Source: Octopus sinensis
Lineage: Eukaryota
Assembly (NCBI RefSeq): GCF_006345805.1
Contig: NC_043000.1
Span: 20,088,001-20,152,000 of the forward strand
Direction: 5' to 3'
DNA: 64,000 nt
The notes beneath the pieces were generated by a model. That model worked only from the letters and a program-made list of their open reading frames with translations. It made no database searches and was not told where the DNA came from. Made by a program: the position numbers and the translations under genes. Positions 37,895 through 52,786 of the stretch are shown here, piece by piece. Position 1 is the first letter of the stretch; every line of letters begins with the position of its first letter.

Positions 37895-38232
37895 TGCAGG
37901 GAATTCAAGTTCGAGGGGGATAAATTAAGTACCAGTTGAACACTAGGGTCGATTACATCGACTCATCCGCTCCCCCAAAATGGCTGCCCTTGCGGTAAAA
38001 TTTGAAACCATTATGAAGGCGACGAACTGGCAGAATCATTAGCCCACTAGTCAAAATGCTTAGCAGTATTTCGTCCATCCTTAATTAACGTTCTAAGTTC
38101 AAATTGCGCCGAGGTCGATTTCGTCTTTCATCCTTTCGTGGTCGATAAAATAAGTACCAGTTGAGTACTGAGACCTATGTAATCGACTATCCCCCTCCTC
38201 CAAAATTTCAGGCCTTGTGCCCGTAGTAGAAA
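37895..38232 (+). mobile_element. Two tandem SINE C copies
   Basis: gataaa(t/a)taagtaccagttga blocks at ~37920 and ~38145; second copy head ggcgacgaactggcagaatc at ~38018. Confidence 0.78.
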
Positions 38233-38269
38233 GTCGTTGTTGTTGTGACTGTTGTAGTTGTCGTTGTTA

Positions 38270-39185
38270 TTTTCACATCTAACATACTCAGCTTGTTGCC
38301 GGAGGTGTCATTCATGTACCAATCGTTCGCTTCCCATGAACTAAAGTAGTATTCTCTTTTCTAGTTTTCAGAACTTTGCGGAGAATCCTTGAACTGCCAA
38401 GTAATGCTGTTTTCTAGATGTGTTGTTTTTCATTTTTATTCGTATATTTTCTAACCATTTTTTGGCACCAAAAATTAAAACAATACCATCATTTTTTTCA
38501 ATTACCACAGCTTTTTGGTTTCTCTCCTCAGAGATTCACATCGCATCAGTTTTTCAACGATTCTGCTGTCTCCAGGGCAAATACTGTTTATGATCAGGCA
38601 CGGTTTTTCTTCTTTGTCTACCAGCACAATAACAGGTTTCCGATGTTCGATCACACTGAGTCACGAAGTCCTAAAGGATTTTTTTTCTTTCATTTTCTAT
38701 CACACCATTTGGCCCATGTTCATATCATCCACTTGTTGGACTCTATCTCTTTTTTAGAATCAACACTCCACTCTTTTCAGCCCAAATTTCATTTTAATAT
38801 CCGCTCAAAAACAATGCATTCTCTGAATCATTGAATTCAGCTAGTTTTCATCTTTCCCATAAAGTTTCAGGTCGTCCATAAAAAGGTGATAATTGATCTC
38901 ATCTATTCTTTAAATTGAATTCATACCAAGCTTTTGTGTTATCAAAATCAAAGGGAGCGGTATCACACACAATGCATAAAGCAATGGGGGAAAAGTTATC
39001 TCCTTGAATTGAGTCCCCGTTTGATGATAACAAAGCCTAAGCTTTGCCTCTGCGATGTGGGGTCAGTGATCCATTCATTCATACTTCGGTTCAATAGATT
39101 TACAATATTTTGTGCAATTCCAACTATTTTCAAATAATGCATATTCCACGATTAAGAGACCATATCGTATACTTCATTATTATTC
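38270..39185 (-). mobile_element. Internally deleted R4/Dong-clade LINE remnant
   Basis: Decayed RT core joined to RLE motifs HGPNGVIENERKKIL*DFVTQCDR, IEHRKP.IVLVDK and KTALLGSSRILRKVL. Confidence 0.7.
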
Positions 39186-39194
39186 AGTAGTCTT

Positions 39195-39511
39195 ATTTTT
39201 ATCACGTGCTTTCACTGCACTACCGAGCGCAGCTCTGTGTGCCTTGGGTATCTGCTGTGGTTTGTTGTGGTGCTCTTATTTTCCCTGTATTCAAAGGGAT
39301 TTGCGTAGGATGTGCGTGGTGCCTAGTAAGGCTATTTCTGTATGTTATATATATTCGTAAGTCCTCGTGTTTTGGTTATGCATTTGTCTGTATGTTTTTT
39401 AATCGTACGTAATGCAACTATTAATATAGGGATTGTTTCTGTTTCTAGATTTCACATTCGAGTTACCTCTATTTCAATATCTTTGTATTTTGAGAGTTAG
39501 TCCGTTTCTTT
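39195..39511 (-). mobile_element. R4/Dong-clade LINE 3' fragment
   Basis: Same subfamily as 31311-31712 (shared UTR ctaccgagcgc.gctctgtgtgcctt); (ATT)n on its 5' side. Confidence 0.82.
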
Positions 39512-39516
39512 TAGAG

Positions 39517-39576
<60 letters not shown>

Positions 39577-39577
<1 letters not shown>

Positions 39578-42008
39578 CCTTTGTAACACAATGTAGATAA
39601 AAACGCAGTCATCTGTCAAATCACAAGGACTTCAGACAGATAGTACTTTCCTTGAGATGTGCGCTGTGCCCAATAAGGCAACTGGAAATCCCATGTGCTT
39701 GCATGGAATTTCCAGTTGCCTTAAGAAGTCTTCAAGTTTCAATGGGGTTGAGCCCAACACCCCGATCACCACTGGTATCCTTTTAACATTACCCCCTCGC
39801 ATTCCATACAATCTTGCCATTTCCACTTTCAATTCGAAGTACTTGGTATTTTTTTTCGACATCTCTACTCACAACATTCATGTCATTTGGTGTGGCTACA
39901 TCAATGATCTGACAGTATTTGTCTTTCTTATTCAATATGACAATGTCCGGCCGACGGTGTTCGATTACACGATCCGTCTGAAAATCATAGTCCCAGAGTA
40001 TAGTTACTTTTCTGTTTTCCTGCATAACTTTACTTGGCCCTCTGTTACTCCATATTGGTATTTACGGCATAAGAGCCAATGAAGATATACACACACACTT
40101 TATCGTGGCGGCGTTTGTATTTCACATCCACTTACCAAGTGGCGGCAAGGCTTTCACATTCACTTACCAAGTGGGTCCCGTTTTCCACACCCTTTCCACA
40201 TAGTCTGCATTTCTGGGTGTCAGAAGTTTTATAGATGTTATACTTACCCGAATTGGTGGCGAGAGCCTGGTCCTGTGCAGCAATGATCAGCCTTTCGGCG
40301 GTACGCTTCAAATCACCTCGCTCAAGTCATGTCCACGATGCTGTATTATCCTTGACGTCTTGTGTATTCCTTTCAAACTATCCATGCATTCTCATTTCAA
40401 GAAGGTCTTCTTTTCTCTTCTCAGCACTTTGGTTAAACTCTGCCTTGCACATCATTTCATCTACATTTACACACATATTTTTCGCGGCATATTGCAGCAG
40501 GTTTTCATCACTGTCTATCAAATACTCGGCAAGCGTTTTCCTTTCACTCCTTATACAATGGTCTATACCAATTAGTCCTCTGCTGTCACTCTTTCTTTTC
40601 ATATACAGTCTGTTTACGTATGCATTAAGGTGTAGCGCCCCATGCAGTGTCATCAACTTTCTCGTCCTTCTATCAAGTGTTGATATTTCCTCCTTAGTCC
40701 ATTTGAGGATGAATGCACTATATCTGACCACCGCAACTGCCCAGATATTCATTGCGGTAATCAAATTTTTGGCATTCAGATTGGATTTCAACACCATCTT
40801 CACCCTTTTTTGATATGCCTCGCTGATCTTGACTTTAATTTCTCTGTGTAGAATGTCATCCAGATCCAAAATCTCTAAATATCTAAACCGACTACCGTCG
40901 GGTTCATTCATGGTCTCTCTTGATGGTAACCGCAATCCTCTGCAGGCTGCTTTCTTCCCTCTTTTCATATTAAGTACTGAGCGTTTGGTGATCCCAAATT
41001 CCATGCCCATGTCCCTACCACACGTCTGGACAGTTTTGATTAAGGAATCTATCTACTTTTCAGATTTCGCAAGCAATTTCAGATCATCAGATCATCCATA
41101 AACAGATGGTTCGATGATGGGCCTTTCTTCCCTGATCAGTAACCTATCTTAACTTTCCTAAGTGTCATTATTATGGGTATTAGTGCAACTACAATATGTA
41201 ACGGAGAAAACGTTACTTATTGGAAGATTCTCCTTTTAATATTAACTTTTCCAAGGAATACATTACTTGAGTACAGTTTGGTTTTCCACTCTTTCATGCT
41301 ATGCATGAGACAATTTGTGATATTATCAGCAACACCAAACATCGGCAGTCATTTGATGATCCAAGAATGAGACATCATATCGAATACTCTTTTTACTCTT
41401 TTACTTGTTTCAGTCATTTGACTGCGGCCATGCTGGAGCACCGCCTTTAGTCGAGCAAATCGACCCCGGGACTTATTCTTTGTAAGCCCAGTACTTATTC
41501 TATCGGTCTCTTTTGCCAAACCGCTAAGTGACGGGTACGTAAACACACCAGCATCGGTTTTCAAGCAATGCTAGGGGGACAAACACAGACACACAAACAC
41601 ACACACACATACATATATATATACATATATACGACAGGCTTCTTTCAGTTTCCGTCTACCAAATCCACTCACAAGGCATTGGTCGGCCCGTGGCTATAGC
41701 AGAAGACACTTGCCCAAGATGCCACGCAGTGGGACTGAACCCGGAACCATGTGGTTGGTTAGCAAGCTACTTACCACACAGCCACTCCTGCGCCTATATG
41801 CCTTCTTAAAATTAATCCAAGCCATATGCATGTTTGTATGATGTTTTTTACAATGCCTTAAAGCTGTTTTATCGACGACCAGGTGATCCTTGATCTCCTG
41901 AGCACTCTTTCTAGACCTCTTTTTTCCCTTGGTAGTATTTCTTCCTGTGCCAGGAACGTGTATGTCTTTGCCGCACATAATCTAGTGAGTATCTTCCAGA
42001 TTATGTTT
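39577..42008 (-). mobile_element. R4/Dong-clade LINE, RT through RLE, split by a SINE B
   Basis: KDHLVVDKTALRHCKKHHTNMHMAWINFKKAY | [SINE] | DMMSHSW, LFMDDL, MEFGITK, NLITAMNIWAVAVVRYS, ILWDYDFQTDRVIEHRRPDIV, LLGTAHISRKVLSV*; (AAT)n tail. Confidence 0.92.
41386..41795 (-). mobile_element. SINE family B nested in R4/Dong RT
   Basis: Near-consensus B copy interrupting the KKAY/DM motif. Confidence 0.93.
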
Positions 42009-42191
42009 AGGCATGCTATGGGACTAGTTTCCCACAATATTTCCTCTGTCTTTATGTTCCGAGTTCAAATTCCGCCGAGGTCGACTTTGCCTTTCATCCT
42101 TTCGAGATCGATAAATTAAGTACCAGTTGGAGTCGATCTAATTGACTGGTCCCCTTCCCAAATATTTCGGGCTTTGTGCCTAGAGTGGAAA
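42009..42191 (+). mobile_element. SINE family C monomer
   Basis: 11-bp TSD agattatgttt at 41998-42008 and 42192-42202. Confidence 0.85.
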
Positions 42192-42299
42192 AGATTATGT
42201 TTGGCGAAGCAAAAACAAAAGCAAAAAAATTAGAAGAGAAGAATCATGTATTTTTCTATTTTATCAATTTTATAAAAAAATTTATAAAATTGATTAAAT

Positions 42300-42465
42300 A
42301 GGCGTAGGAGTGGGTGTGTGGTAATTAACTTGCTTACGAACCACATGGTTCCGGGTTCGGTCCCACTGTGTGGCACCTTGGGCAAGTGTCTTCTACAATA
42401 GCCACGGGCCGACCAAAGCCTTGTGAGTGGATTTGGTAGATGGAAACTGAAAGAAACCCGTCGTA

Positions 42466-42523
<58 letters not shown>

Positions 42524-42735
42524 AGTATGTTTGTGTGTCTGTGTTTGTCGCCCCAACATCGCTTGACAACCGATGCTGGTGTGTTTACGTTCCCGTAACT
42601 TAGCGGTTCGGCAAAAGAGACCGATAGAATAAGTACTAGGCTTACAAAGTATAAGCCCTGGGTTCGATTTGCTCGACTAAAGGTGGTGCTCCAGCATGGT
42701 CACAGTCAGATGACTGAAACAAGTAAAAGAAAAAA
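42300..42735 (+). mobile_element. SINE family B, full length
   Basis: Colinear with the other B copies. Confidence 0.92.
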
Positions 42736-43431
42736 AGAGAAAGAGAAATAGAAAAATACATCCTATAAGAATTAGTCAGATAAAAGACAGGAAGTGTCCG
42801 AAAATTGAAGCAGAGAAAGACTTCCGTTTTCTCCAGTCAGCAATGGAAACAAGACTATTCATCTGATCATTTTTGATTTATGTTAATGCATCTTCGTTTA
42901 CCTACTATTCTTGAAATATGAGCATCTACTGGTTAGTATACTTTCATTACCTTCTGTTTCAAGTATTAATTGAAGGTTGCTTTGTTCGGAAGCAGAAGAC
43001 CTAACTCCAGCACTTTCTGTCTTCACCATAACACTATTTAATTCGTTACATCTTCATTTAAAGAGAAAACCAATCAACACTTCTAGCCAAAGGGAGTTTG
43101 TAAGCTGATACTTTCAATGAACTTGGTTGTTGTTAATTCGTTGAAATCTCTATGGCTTTTTCCTGTCTGTTCAGTTATTAAGAATTCTTTAACCAATTAC
43201 TGTCCAAATTAACGACCGATAGTGATGCTGATATTTTGAAAAGATCTATGAGATATAATCACTGTTATTTTTGAATAAGAATAAAATATAGGCTATGATT
43301 TTCTCCTTTAAAATGTGGCATTTCGGCAATTCAGATTAAATTGTTTAGTAATATAAGTATGGATCGAGTTATAATTTCGAATCCACATCACAAAGAACAA
43401 TGAAATGTTTCTAAAACAAAATTATTTTATA

Positions 43432-43818
43432 CTAGCAGTATCGCCCGGCGTTGCTCGGATTTGTAAGGGAAATAACTATATAAGCATTTTTAGAGAGTTA
43501 TAGCCAAAAAATAGCAAAAAAATGCATTAAAAATGGAAAAAAAATCATGGTAATTTTTTTTTAAATCGTTGACTCATCGTAGACATTTTTTAGAGAGTTA
43601 TATATGCCAAAAATACATTAAAAATAGGAAAAAAAGATGGTAAATTTTTTTTAAATCGTAGACTCATCATAGACGCACGCTAATACCCAGAAGGGCTCGA
43701 TATGAATCACGACTATAAGATACCCGGTTTTGGTTAAACTACACCGCAAAATGTGGGAGTAGTTAGGAATCTAAATCGTAGGAGACAGACACACAACTTA
43801 AGTTTTATAATATAAAGA
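43432..43818 (-). mobile_element. Non-autonomous Helitron
   Basis: TC...hairpin-CTAG on the minus strand, A^T insertion site; internal ~95-bp tandem duplication (43485-43675). Confidence 0.85.
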
Positions 43819-44278
43819 TTTCTATAACATATAACACAGCCTGTATAACTAATTTGCATTCTACCAAATTTTGCTTGTATTCATAATCGCATAATCTTTT
43901 GTTTGACAGCGTCATATTATATTCGTTGGAAGTAATTTTGAAAATAAGAATGATTGATAATTCTGGTCTACAGTGGTGCCTTCTCAGTAATCTATGCAAC
44001 TTTTGGCATAATTACAACGTTGCATATTTATTTATCTGCCACGCATGAAAAATGAAAAGCAATTTCCTCAGCAGAATATACAAAAGGTTTTATTTATAAT
44101 CCATGTTTGACTACATAGAAATAATTTCCTGCGCGGGTATTTTCAGAATATTTACAGCCGAATGCAGCTCTAATCTGCTGCAATCTGCTATAATCTGCTA
44201 TAATCAATGAAGTGTTTCTCAAATCTTTATTTGCAAATCACTAACTTCAGATATACTGACAACTAAAAACGTCTCCCA

Positions 44279-44410
44279 TAACGTAACGGTTTAGCGAAAG
44301 GAACCGATAGAATAAGTATCAGAAAAATGAATACAGGGGGACAAATTGTCCGACTAAACCTTAAAAGGTTGTGCCCTAGCATGGACGTAATCTAGTGACA
44401 AGCAAATGAA
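44279..44410 (+). mobile_element. Diverged SINE B 3' half
   Basis: cggtttagcgaaaggaaccgatagaataagta...ctagcatgg. Confidence 0.55.
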
Positions 44411-45029
44411 TTACAAAACATAACCCATATTCCAGGAAATCTTCAGGAAGTTGTCATTACTAATTCTTTGGGAGAGTAGGTGGTGTTGATTTGACTCTTT
44501 CTACTCGGTATGAATGAACGACATAAAATATAAGTAAAAAGTAAGTGGATCCTCCACCGGTTTCGATGATGATTATTCTCGTTGCCTCTCAAAGAAATTA
44601 CAGCCTCTTTGAATTACAATATGCGTGCTTGAGTAATACGCAAATATTTGGACCCTTAACGCAAAACCCATGAAGTACCAGTGCGATATGTATATGACAG
44701 CTTTGACTCCTTAAATTAGAAGTGAACTCCATCGAACAGGCTGGCACAAGATTACTATCTACCAAATTTCACATACAAATCTGTGACATAAATACGTGTG
44801 TGTGTGGAAAGCAAGTGATTGGTTGCGATTCAAATGTTTTAACCACAAAGCAGTACCTATCGTTGCTAAGTTATTTATTTACGACATTTATGTTCTAGAT
44901 TCAAATCCCACAGAAGCTGACCTAAGGATTTCGTCCTCCTGTCCATTGTCAAATACTGGAGTCGATTCACTAAACCTTACATCTTCCTAATTCTATGGAT
45001 TTGTACTAATGAAAGAATATCATTGTTTG

Positions 45030-46137
<1,108 letters not shown>

Positions 46138-46344
46138 ATCTTGAAGAGCTGGTGCAGCAGACGTCGAAGCAGCTCTGCCTACCTTTCTATCCACCACAAT
46201 GTAACAATTGTGAACTCTAATCTAGAATGTGCACTAAAGACATCAGTGCAAACGTCACGTGCCAAATATAATATTCCAATAAACAGACCCCCTAGTTTCA
46301 CTTTCGATTTTAGCTTCAGCTGTTTAATGCTGTCCTTTGAAAGG

Positions 46345-46740
46345 CGGCGCGCTGTAGAATCGTCAGAACGTCGGAGAAAATGGCTTGCAATATTTCATTA
46401 AATTTGTTCCATTCTAAGTTTAAATTCCTTTCTAAATTGGCCTTGCCTCTCATTCTCTCGGGATCAATAAAATAAGCATCACTTGAGCAATGAGGTCAAT
46501 ATAATCGACTTCTTCTCCTTCCAAAATTGCTGACCTTATGTCCAAATTAGAATTAAATATTGTATCTGTTGAAGCTGGCGAGCTGGCAAAATACCTTCCG
46601 GTATTTATTCCTACCATTTTCGTCCTGAGATCAAATTCCACTGGATTTTTCCTCTCCCTTTCATCCCTTCTGGAACAATAAAATAAAGTACCAGTCAAGG
46701 TCGAGGATCGATGTTATCGATTAACTCATTCTCTAGAAAA
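46345..46740 (+). mobile_element. Diverged tandem SINE C copies
   Basis: ggcggcgcgctgtagaatcgtcag...; ggcgagctggcaaa...; aataaaataagtacc-like blocks. Confidence 0.6.
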
Positions 46741-46977
46741 CTGCTTGCCTCCCTCATATCTAAACCAGAAACATTGTTCCTGTGCGAGAAATAGTTCTGA
46801 TGTAGTTGTTGTTGTGAATGCTAGCGTTTGTGGCGGCGGAGGCAGTGATGGTGGTCATCATCATTGTACTGTTATAGATCGTGGTGGTAGTGTGGAAATA
46901 ATTTTGATGGTAATGGAGATGATAGTATTGTGATTACGCATAGAACCATGTTACCAGGAATAGTGATACAGAGTGGC

Positions 46978-47092
46978 GTAGATGATGATAATAATGATGA
47001 TGGCGACGACGACGACGACGACGACGACGATGATGAAGATTATGATAACGACAACGATAACAACGATTTCGATGATGATGACGATGATGAAA
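46978..47092. repeat. (GAT)n/(GAC)n microsatellite
   Basis: Directly visible. Confidence 0.9.
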
Positions 47093-48889
47093 AGAGGAAA
47101 GTGCTATCGTAACGATCAAAGACATTCCGGTCATGGCTCTCCAGTCTTTTATCCTAAACATATTTATGTATATAGAGCCACATTTAATCCGGTCGATTTT
47201 AAATACTACGTTATGATTTGCGAAAAAAATTGGCTTCTATCTCTTGCAAGTCAAACGACTGCCTTTTGATGTAGAGATGTATTTTCATATGGCTATTGTT
47301 GTTGATATTTAGTCCTCGGTCATCCTTGATCCTGTAGACTTATTAACGTGACTGCTGTTGCTTGAGTTGATACATGTTATTTTGTGATGGTTGTGGTAGC
47401 GAGGGATTCTTATATTGATGTCATTGTTGTTGTCGTTGTTTTATTGGTTTTTCTAATTTTTCCCGTTGTTCTTGGTGTTGTTTTTGTGAAACATCTTTGA
47501 TACCCAATGGGAGAAAGTTTTGATGCAGACGTCAAACGCGAAAGTTGTTTGTGTTAACCATAGAAGACAGTAGAAGAAAGAAAGACGAAAATTGTGATAT
47601 TTTCTGTGATTTGCTGCTGGTGAATCAAGACATCTTTAACATGACTATTTTTAGGTAAAGCATTCAGTAATATAATTATCATATTGGAAATATTAGAGAG
47701 AGATAGATCAATACAAGGAGAGAGAGAAGGGGGAGGAGGGTTGAATAAGAGAAAAGGGGGAAACAAAGAGATTGAGCGATAGACTAACAGATATACTAAT
47801 AAGTGAGCGTGAATTAGAAAAAGAAAGAGAAAAGAGTATAAAAACGTAGCTTGTAGGTCTTCTGAATTTTATCCGTTTTAATAGGTCGCCTTTAGAAATA
47901 TCGAAGCAGTTTTATGGGTTCTGTTGGAGAAAACGTGTCAAAATGATACCTACACCGGATTTAAGAAGAGTTTGGAGGCTATACCTTGCTTTAAAGAGAA
48001 CGTGTGCTTGGTGTATACTTGTGAAAAAGTTACTGAGTTAATAATAATGTAGATGTTAAGAGTTCGCGAACATTACGTATTAAACAGAATGTTTTAGAGT
48101 TTTGAACTTCTTATTTGTCCGAAGTTCCTGTAAACTAATACCAGGAATAACTGGCAGAGGTTAATGGGGGTTAATGCTTAAGTTAAAAGTCTGGGGTTGA
48201 AAGATAGAAGATAGTAGATGAAGCCATAAGACATCTGGGCAAATATAGTGTTCCAGACGTTATGTCTTTCTGAAAAGTGAAGATTCAGTAAAGTGTTCTT
48301 AAGATTATACGAAGATCGGTGGAGAGTATGAGGTGGTTGCGAAGATTTGTGTTTGATGGTGGAAATGTGTAGTCAAGTTACAAATAAAAACGCAATTGAC
48401 TGAGTGGTAATATCGTCCTGAACTATCTTATAAATGTAAACTGTTGTTCAATTTCTTTTGATCGAAGAATAAAGATTTCTTAAGATTATTAATGAGTTAC
48501 TTGCTGTTTTAATTCACATATCCTTGAGCATTTCAGTTAAAGGTCTACTGATTTGTCTCGGTTGGTCTCTGTTCATTTAACTACTTCATATTCCTCTGAT
48601 TTGGTATCGATCACCGGGATTTCCAAACTTTTCCATATTCTGTAACGACAACGTCTGCGTACGCAGGTATTGCATTTGTGTACCTGTGCAAGGGTTCAAG
48701 AGCCAATCTCACAGACGTGATTAGGGGAGGAAACCGTAAGAGATCAAGCACCTGATGCAAAACAACTCTGTTGGGTAGTTATTTACTCCAACCACCGAGC
48801 AAATACAGGTATAAACTGCAGTGATCCAACCCTTAAAGACAGAACTGACACCGGCTATACTTAGGATACTCGCTAGATGCTGATAGATA

Positions 48890-51455
48890 ACATTGTCATT
48901 CCTTGAACAACTCCCAGCCTCTCAAAACTTGGAAGGACTCCTGAGTATTCGAGCGGTTCCAAGCAGTGCTGTTTTCTGCAAGTGCTCTATCCTTATTGCA
49001 GCCCCTATTTGTTCAATGTACTTCTCGAGATTTTGCTCCCTGTTCCCAGGGCTCCGACAATTAATGGTACTACTATTACCTTTTCATCGACCACAACTGC
49101 TTAACTTCCCAAGCTTACCTGTCATATCTCACGACTTTTCTTTCTTCCTTATCACATACTTTGTTGTCAGCTGGGCATGCTATATCTATGATCCAGCATA
49201 GTTTTTTTTCTTTCTCAATTAAAACTTTGTCTGGTTTCCTATTCTCTATCTCATGGTCGCACTGAATCATAAAATCCCACAGGATCTTTGCATTTTTATT
49301 TTCGATGATGACTTCGGGTTTGTGGTCGTACCAATTGCTTGCTCTGTTAAATCCATATTTGTTGCAAAGTGTCCAATGGACAAGCCTAGCTATAATGTCG
49401 TGGTGTCTCATATTCCTTCTGGGCTGGTAATATGACATACGGTTTCACCATTTTATATACAGATTCTGCACTTATCACTTTCTGATGTGTTTATTCTGTA
49501 TTTTATGTAGTTTGTTCTTAGTGATTGCTCTTGGGCAGCACAGAGCCTCCGATTCCGGTTTTAAATCACTTTTAGTCATCCACAGCCATCTTTTTTTCTA
49601 TCTGTCTTATCTTCAACATCCCTATGAAATTGACCACGCATTCTTTTCTTTACCCACCTATTTTCAGCTTCATTTGTTTTTAATTGCTTGTAGAGTGCTT
49701 TATCTTTGCAATCTTTCATCCTACGCAAGCCCGACCTTCTTACTTCTAATAATAGCGGTTCTGTGGCATTTTTTACATACCATGCTATGTTGTTTTCTTC
49801 TGCTCTAATGTTGTGTTCACATCCAATCAGTCCTCTTCCCCCCTCTTTTTCTTAGTACATACAGTCTATCTATGTCACTTTTTGGGTGGAGTGACCCATG
49901 TCTAGTTAGCAACTTCCTTGTCTTTCTGTCTAAGCTGTTTAGTTCGTCTACTATTCATGCGATTACCCCTGCTCCATATCTAAGGAGTGAAACGCCCAGG
50001 TGTTGATAACTTCGATCTAATTCCGTCCGTTTAATTTCGACTCAAGGATCAGTCTCAGTCTGCGCAAGTTCTCCACCTTAAATGTTTCTGTCATTTCTTT
50101 CTTCGTCAATTTATCCATTTCAAAAATCCCCAGGAACTTATAGCCCGCCTCTTCTATCTACTTCATAACCTCCCCCGATGGTATCGTTAGCCCGTCCATC
50201 CATAGATTTAATTTTTCCTCTCTTCAAGACTAACATACCACACTTTTTCAGTTCGAACTCCATCCTGATGTCAGCACTGAAGGTATGCACCGTATCAACA
50301 AGGGAACTGACTTGGGATTCATCTTTACCATAAAGTTTGAGGTCATCCATGAATAACAAATGGTTGACTTTTTGTTGGCGGCTCTTGAATACATACCCAG
50401 CTTTTGCTTTCCTCAGAATCAGTGTTAGTGGTATCATGTAGAGTACAAAGATCAGTGGGGACAGGCAGTCCCCTTGGAAGATGCCCCTCCTGATTTCTAC
50501 TGTCCCTAAACATCTTTCGTATGCTATCAGGTCTGTCCTCTAATTCACCATGCTTTTTCCAAGCAATCGCTCAACATTCGATGCAATACCAAATAGGTTC
50601 ATACATTTCATAATCCAAAAGTATGGGATGATATCGTATGCCTTACGATAGTCCATCCATGACATAGCTAAGTTACTTTTCCTTCTCTTGCAGTCTCTGA
50701 GCACAGTTTTGTCTACCAGGAGTTAATCTTTGGTCCCTCTGCACTTACGCTTGCAACCCTTCTACTCATGTGGCAAGACTCAAAAATTTTTTTCCAGATG
50801 TTCGGACAATGACTCTGCGAGTATTGCAGTCAATAACTTCCGCATAAGTGGCAGACAGGATATTGGCCTGTAATTGTTTACCGTATTGTCTTTTTCGATG
50901 GTTTTCAAGCACACCATTGTCCTATGCATTGTCAATCACTCTGGTGTTACTTGGTCAGCATTTAACAAGGTTTTGAGTTGTGCAGCTATTTGTGCATGGC
51001 ATTTACCAAATCTTTTGATCCAGTAGCCTTGAACTCCATCTGGTCCCAGGGCCTTCCAGTTGCCCCTTTTTTTTGCTGATTTCCTTCACTTCCCTAACTG
51101 AAATGACTAGTTCTGCCTGTTTTGGACAGACTACTGCTTGTTTCAGTTCTTGCAACCATTTAGCATCCTTCTTGTGCTCCTTGTCTTTGCTCCAGATGCC
51201 ACTCCAAAACCTTTGATTTTCAATGTTACCTGGTATCAACTTTTCATTTGTACACTCTCCATTTATTTCTTTGTAGAATCTCTTCTGATCTACTCTGAAT
51301 AACCTATTCTTCTGGCATTCCTTCATTCTTCGGTCGTATCTTACCATCTTTGCTTTCTTTGTAACGAGGCGCTGTCTCAGTTCCTTCATTACCTCTTTCA
51401 GGCTCTTTCTTTCAATATTATACTTCCATTTCAGCGCCCTGTATTTTTGTTCGCT
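48890..51455 (-). mobile_element. R4/Dong-clade LINE, ~2.6-kb 5'-truncated pseudogenised copy
   Basis: QKNRLFRVDQKRFYKEI, GPDGVQGY, GDCLSPLIF, VNHLLFMDDLKLYGK, RHHDIIARLVHW, ILWDFMIQCDHEIENRKPD; many frameshifts and stops. Confidence 0.93.
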
Positions 51456-51460
51456 TTATT

Positions 51461-51493
51461 TGTCACTTTGATAGTATGCTCTGTTCTCTGACT
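51461..51493 (+). mobile_element. Family F terminal fragment with (AAT)n tail
   Basis: tgtcactttgatagtatgctctgttctctgact then (AAT)n to 51657. Confidence 0.6.
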
Positions 51494-51523
51494 TAATAAT
51501 AATAATAATAAGAAGAAGAAGAA

Positions 51524-51574
<51 letters not shown>

Positions 51575-51605
51575 CAATAACAACAACAACAACAACAATA
51601 ATAAC

Positions 51606-51657
<52 letters not shown>
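51494..51657. repeat. (AAT)n microsatellite with AAG/AAC interruptions
   Basis: Directly visible. Confidence 0.96.
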
Positions 51658-52753
51658 GATGTCACTGTTACCGTTCAACCAAATTCCCGCGAGGGAATTC
51701 GAACCAAGATGTCGATTGTAAAGTGTCCATTTATTTGGTCACATCATGTGATTTTAAGCACAGTCATGTGAGAGAATGAAGGAGAATAAAAGTGGACAGA
51801 CAGATCACACACATACACAGTCACAAACACACACACACACACACAGGCACACAGACACACACAGGCACACACACACATATATATTATACATATACACACA
51901 CACACACGTGAAATTGCCTATTTGTGCCATCTTATTGTTTCTTTTTATTTACCACATCCTCTTCTGTCATCTTCTCCTCCTCCATCACAAACCAGAATCT
52001 AATGAAAAGGTCAATGATCTAAGGCCACACCGCTGACCTTTCTTACGTTACATGACAACGTTTCTCCTCTCTTTCCTTCTCGTTCACTTCACCACTTCTC
52101 CATCCATACAAATACACATAAAGGCACACTCACTCACACACACATGCGCACGCATACACACCACACACACACACACACACATAACACACATATATGTATG
52201 TATATACATATATAAACACACACCATTTACTACAGTTTACCTTTGCTCATACAGACTGGTACATCGAGAAATCTCACTGGAACGAGACATTAATCTATTC
52301 AATGTCTAATGGCGGCGAAGCTAGAATTTATGCGTGTGTGTGAGAGAGAGAGAGAGAGAGGAGGGGAGAGTTTAGGGAGGAGAGAAAAAGAAATCGAAAG
52401 ACAGAAAGTATATAGAAATATAATAAGAGACTGAAAAAGAGAAATAAGCATTTGCATGTGAGCTAGATTGTCCAGGATACTCGCCTATCTTTCAGAACTT
52501 CACTTTGATAAAATCTCTTGGAACAACTGCTGCTGCTGCTGCTTGTGTTGTTGTTGTTGTTAAGCAACAAGACGGGTAAGGATGATTAGGTGATGGTCTA
52601 GGGCTTAGAGGCGGGAGACCCCAGACCTTGGGAAAAAAATATTTGGTCGTCTTATTGAAGTCGAGGGCTCTTCGTTGACGCCCGACACTACTGGGAAGTG
52701 ACCCTCGAAGTCGCTGGAAATGGAGATCTCCAGGTCCAAATTCCAGAACAGCG

Positions 52754-52786
<33 letters not shown>

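Noticed and set aside
47830-48600. Possible decayed LINE on the minus strand
   Set aside because: Coding-like composition but no convincing RT or endonuclease motif.
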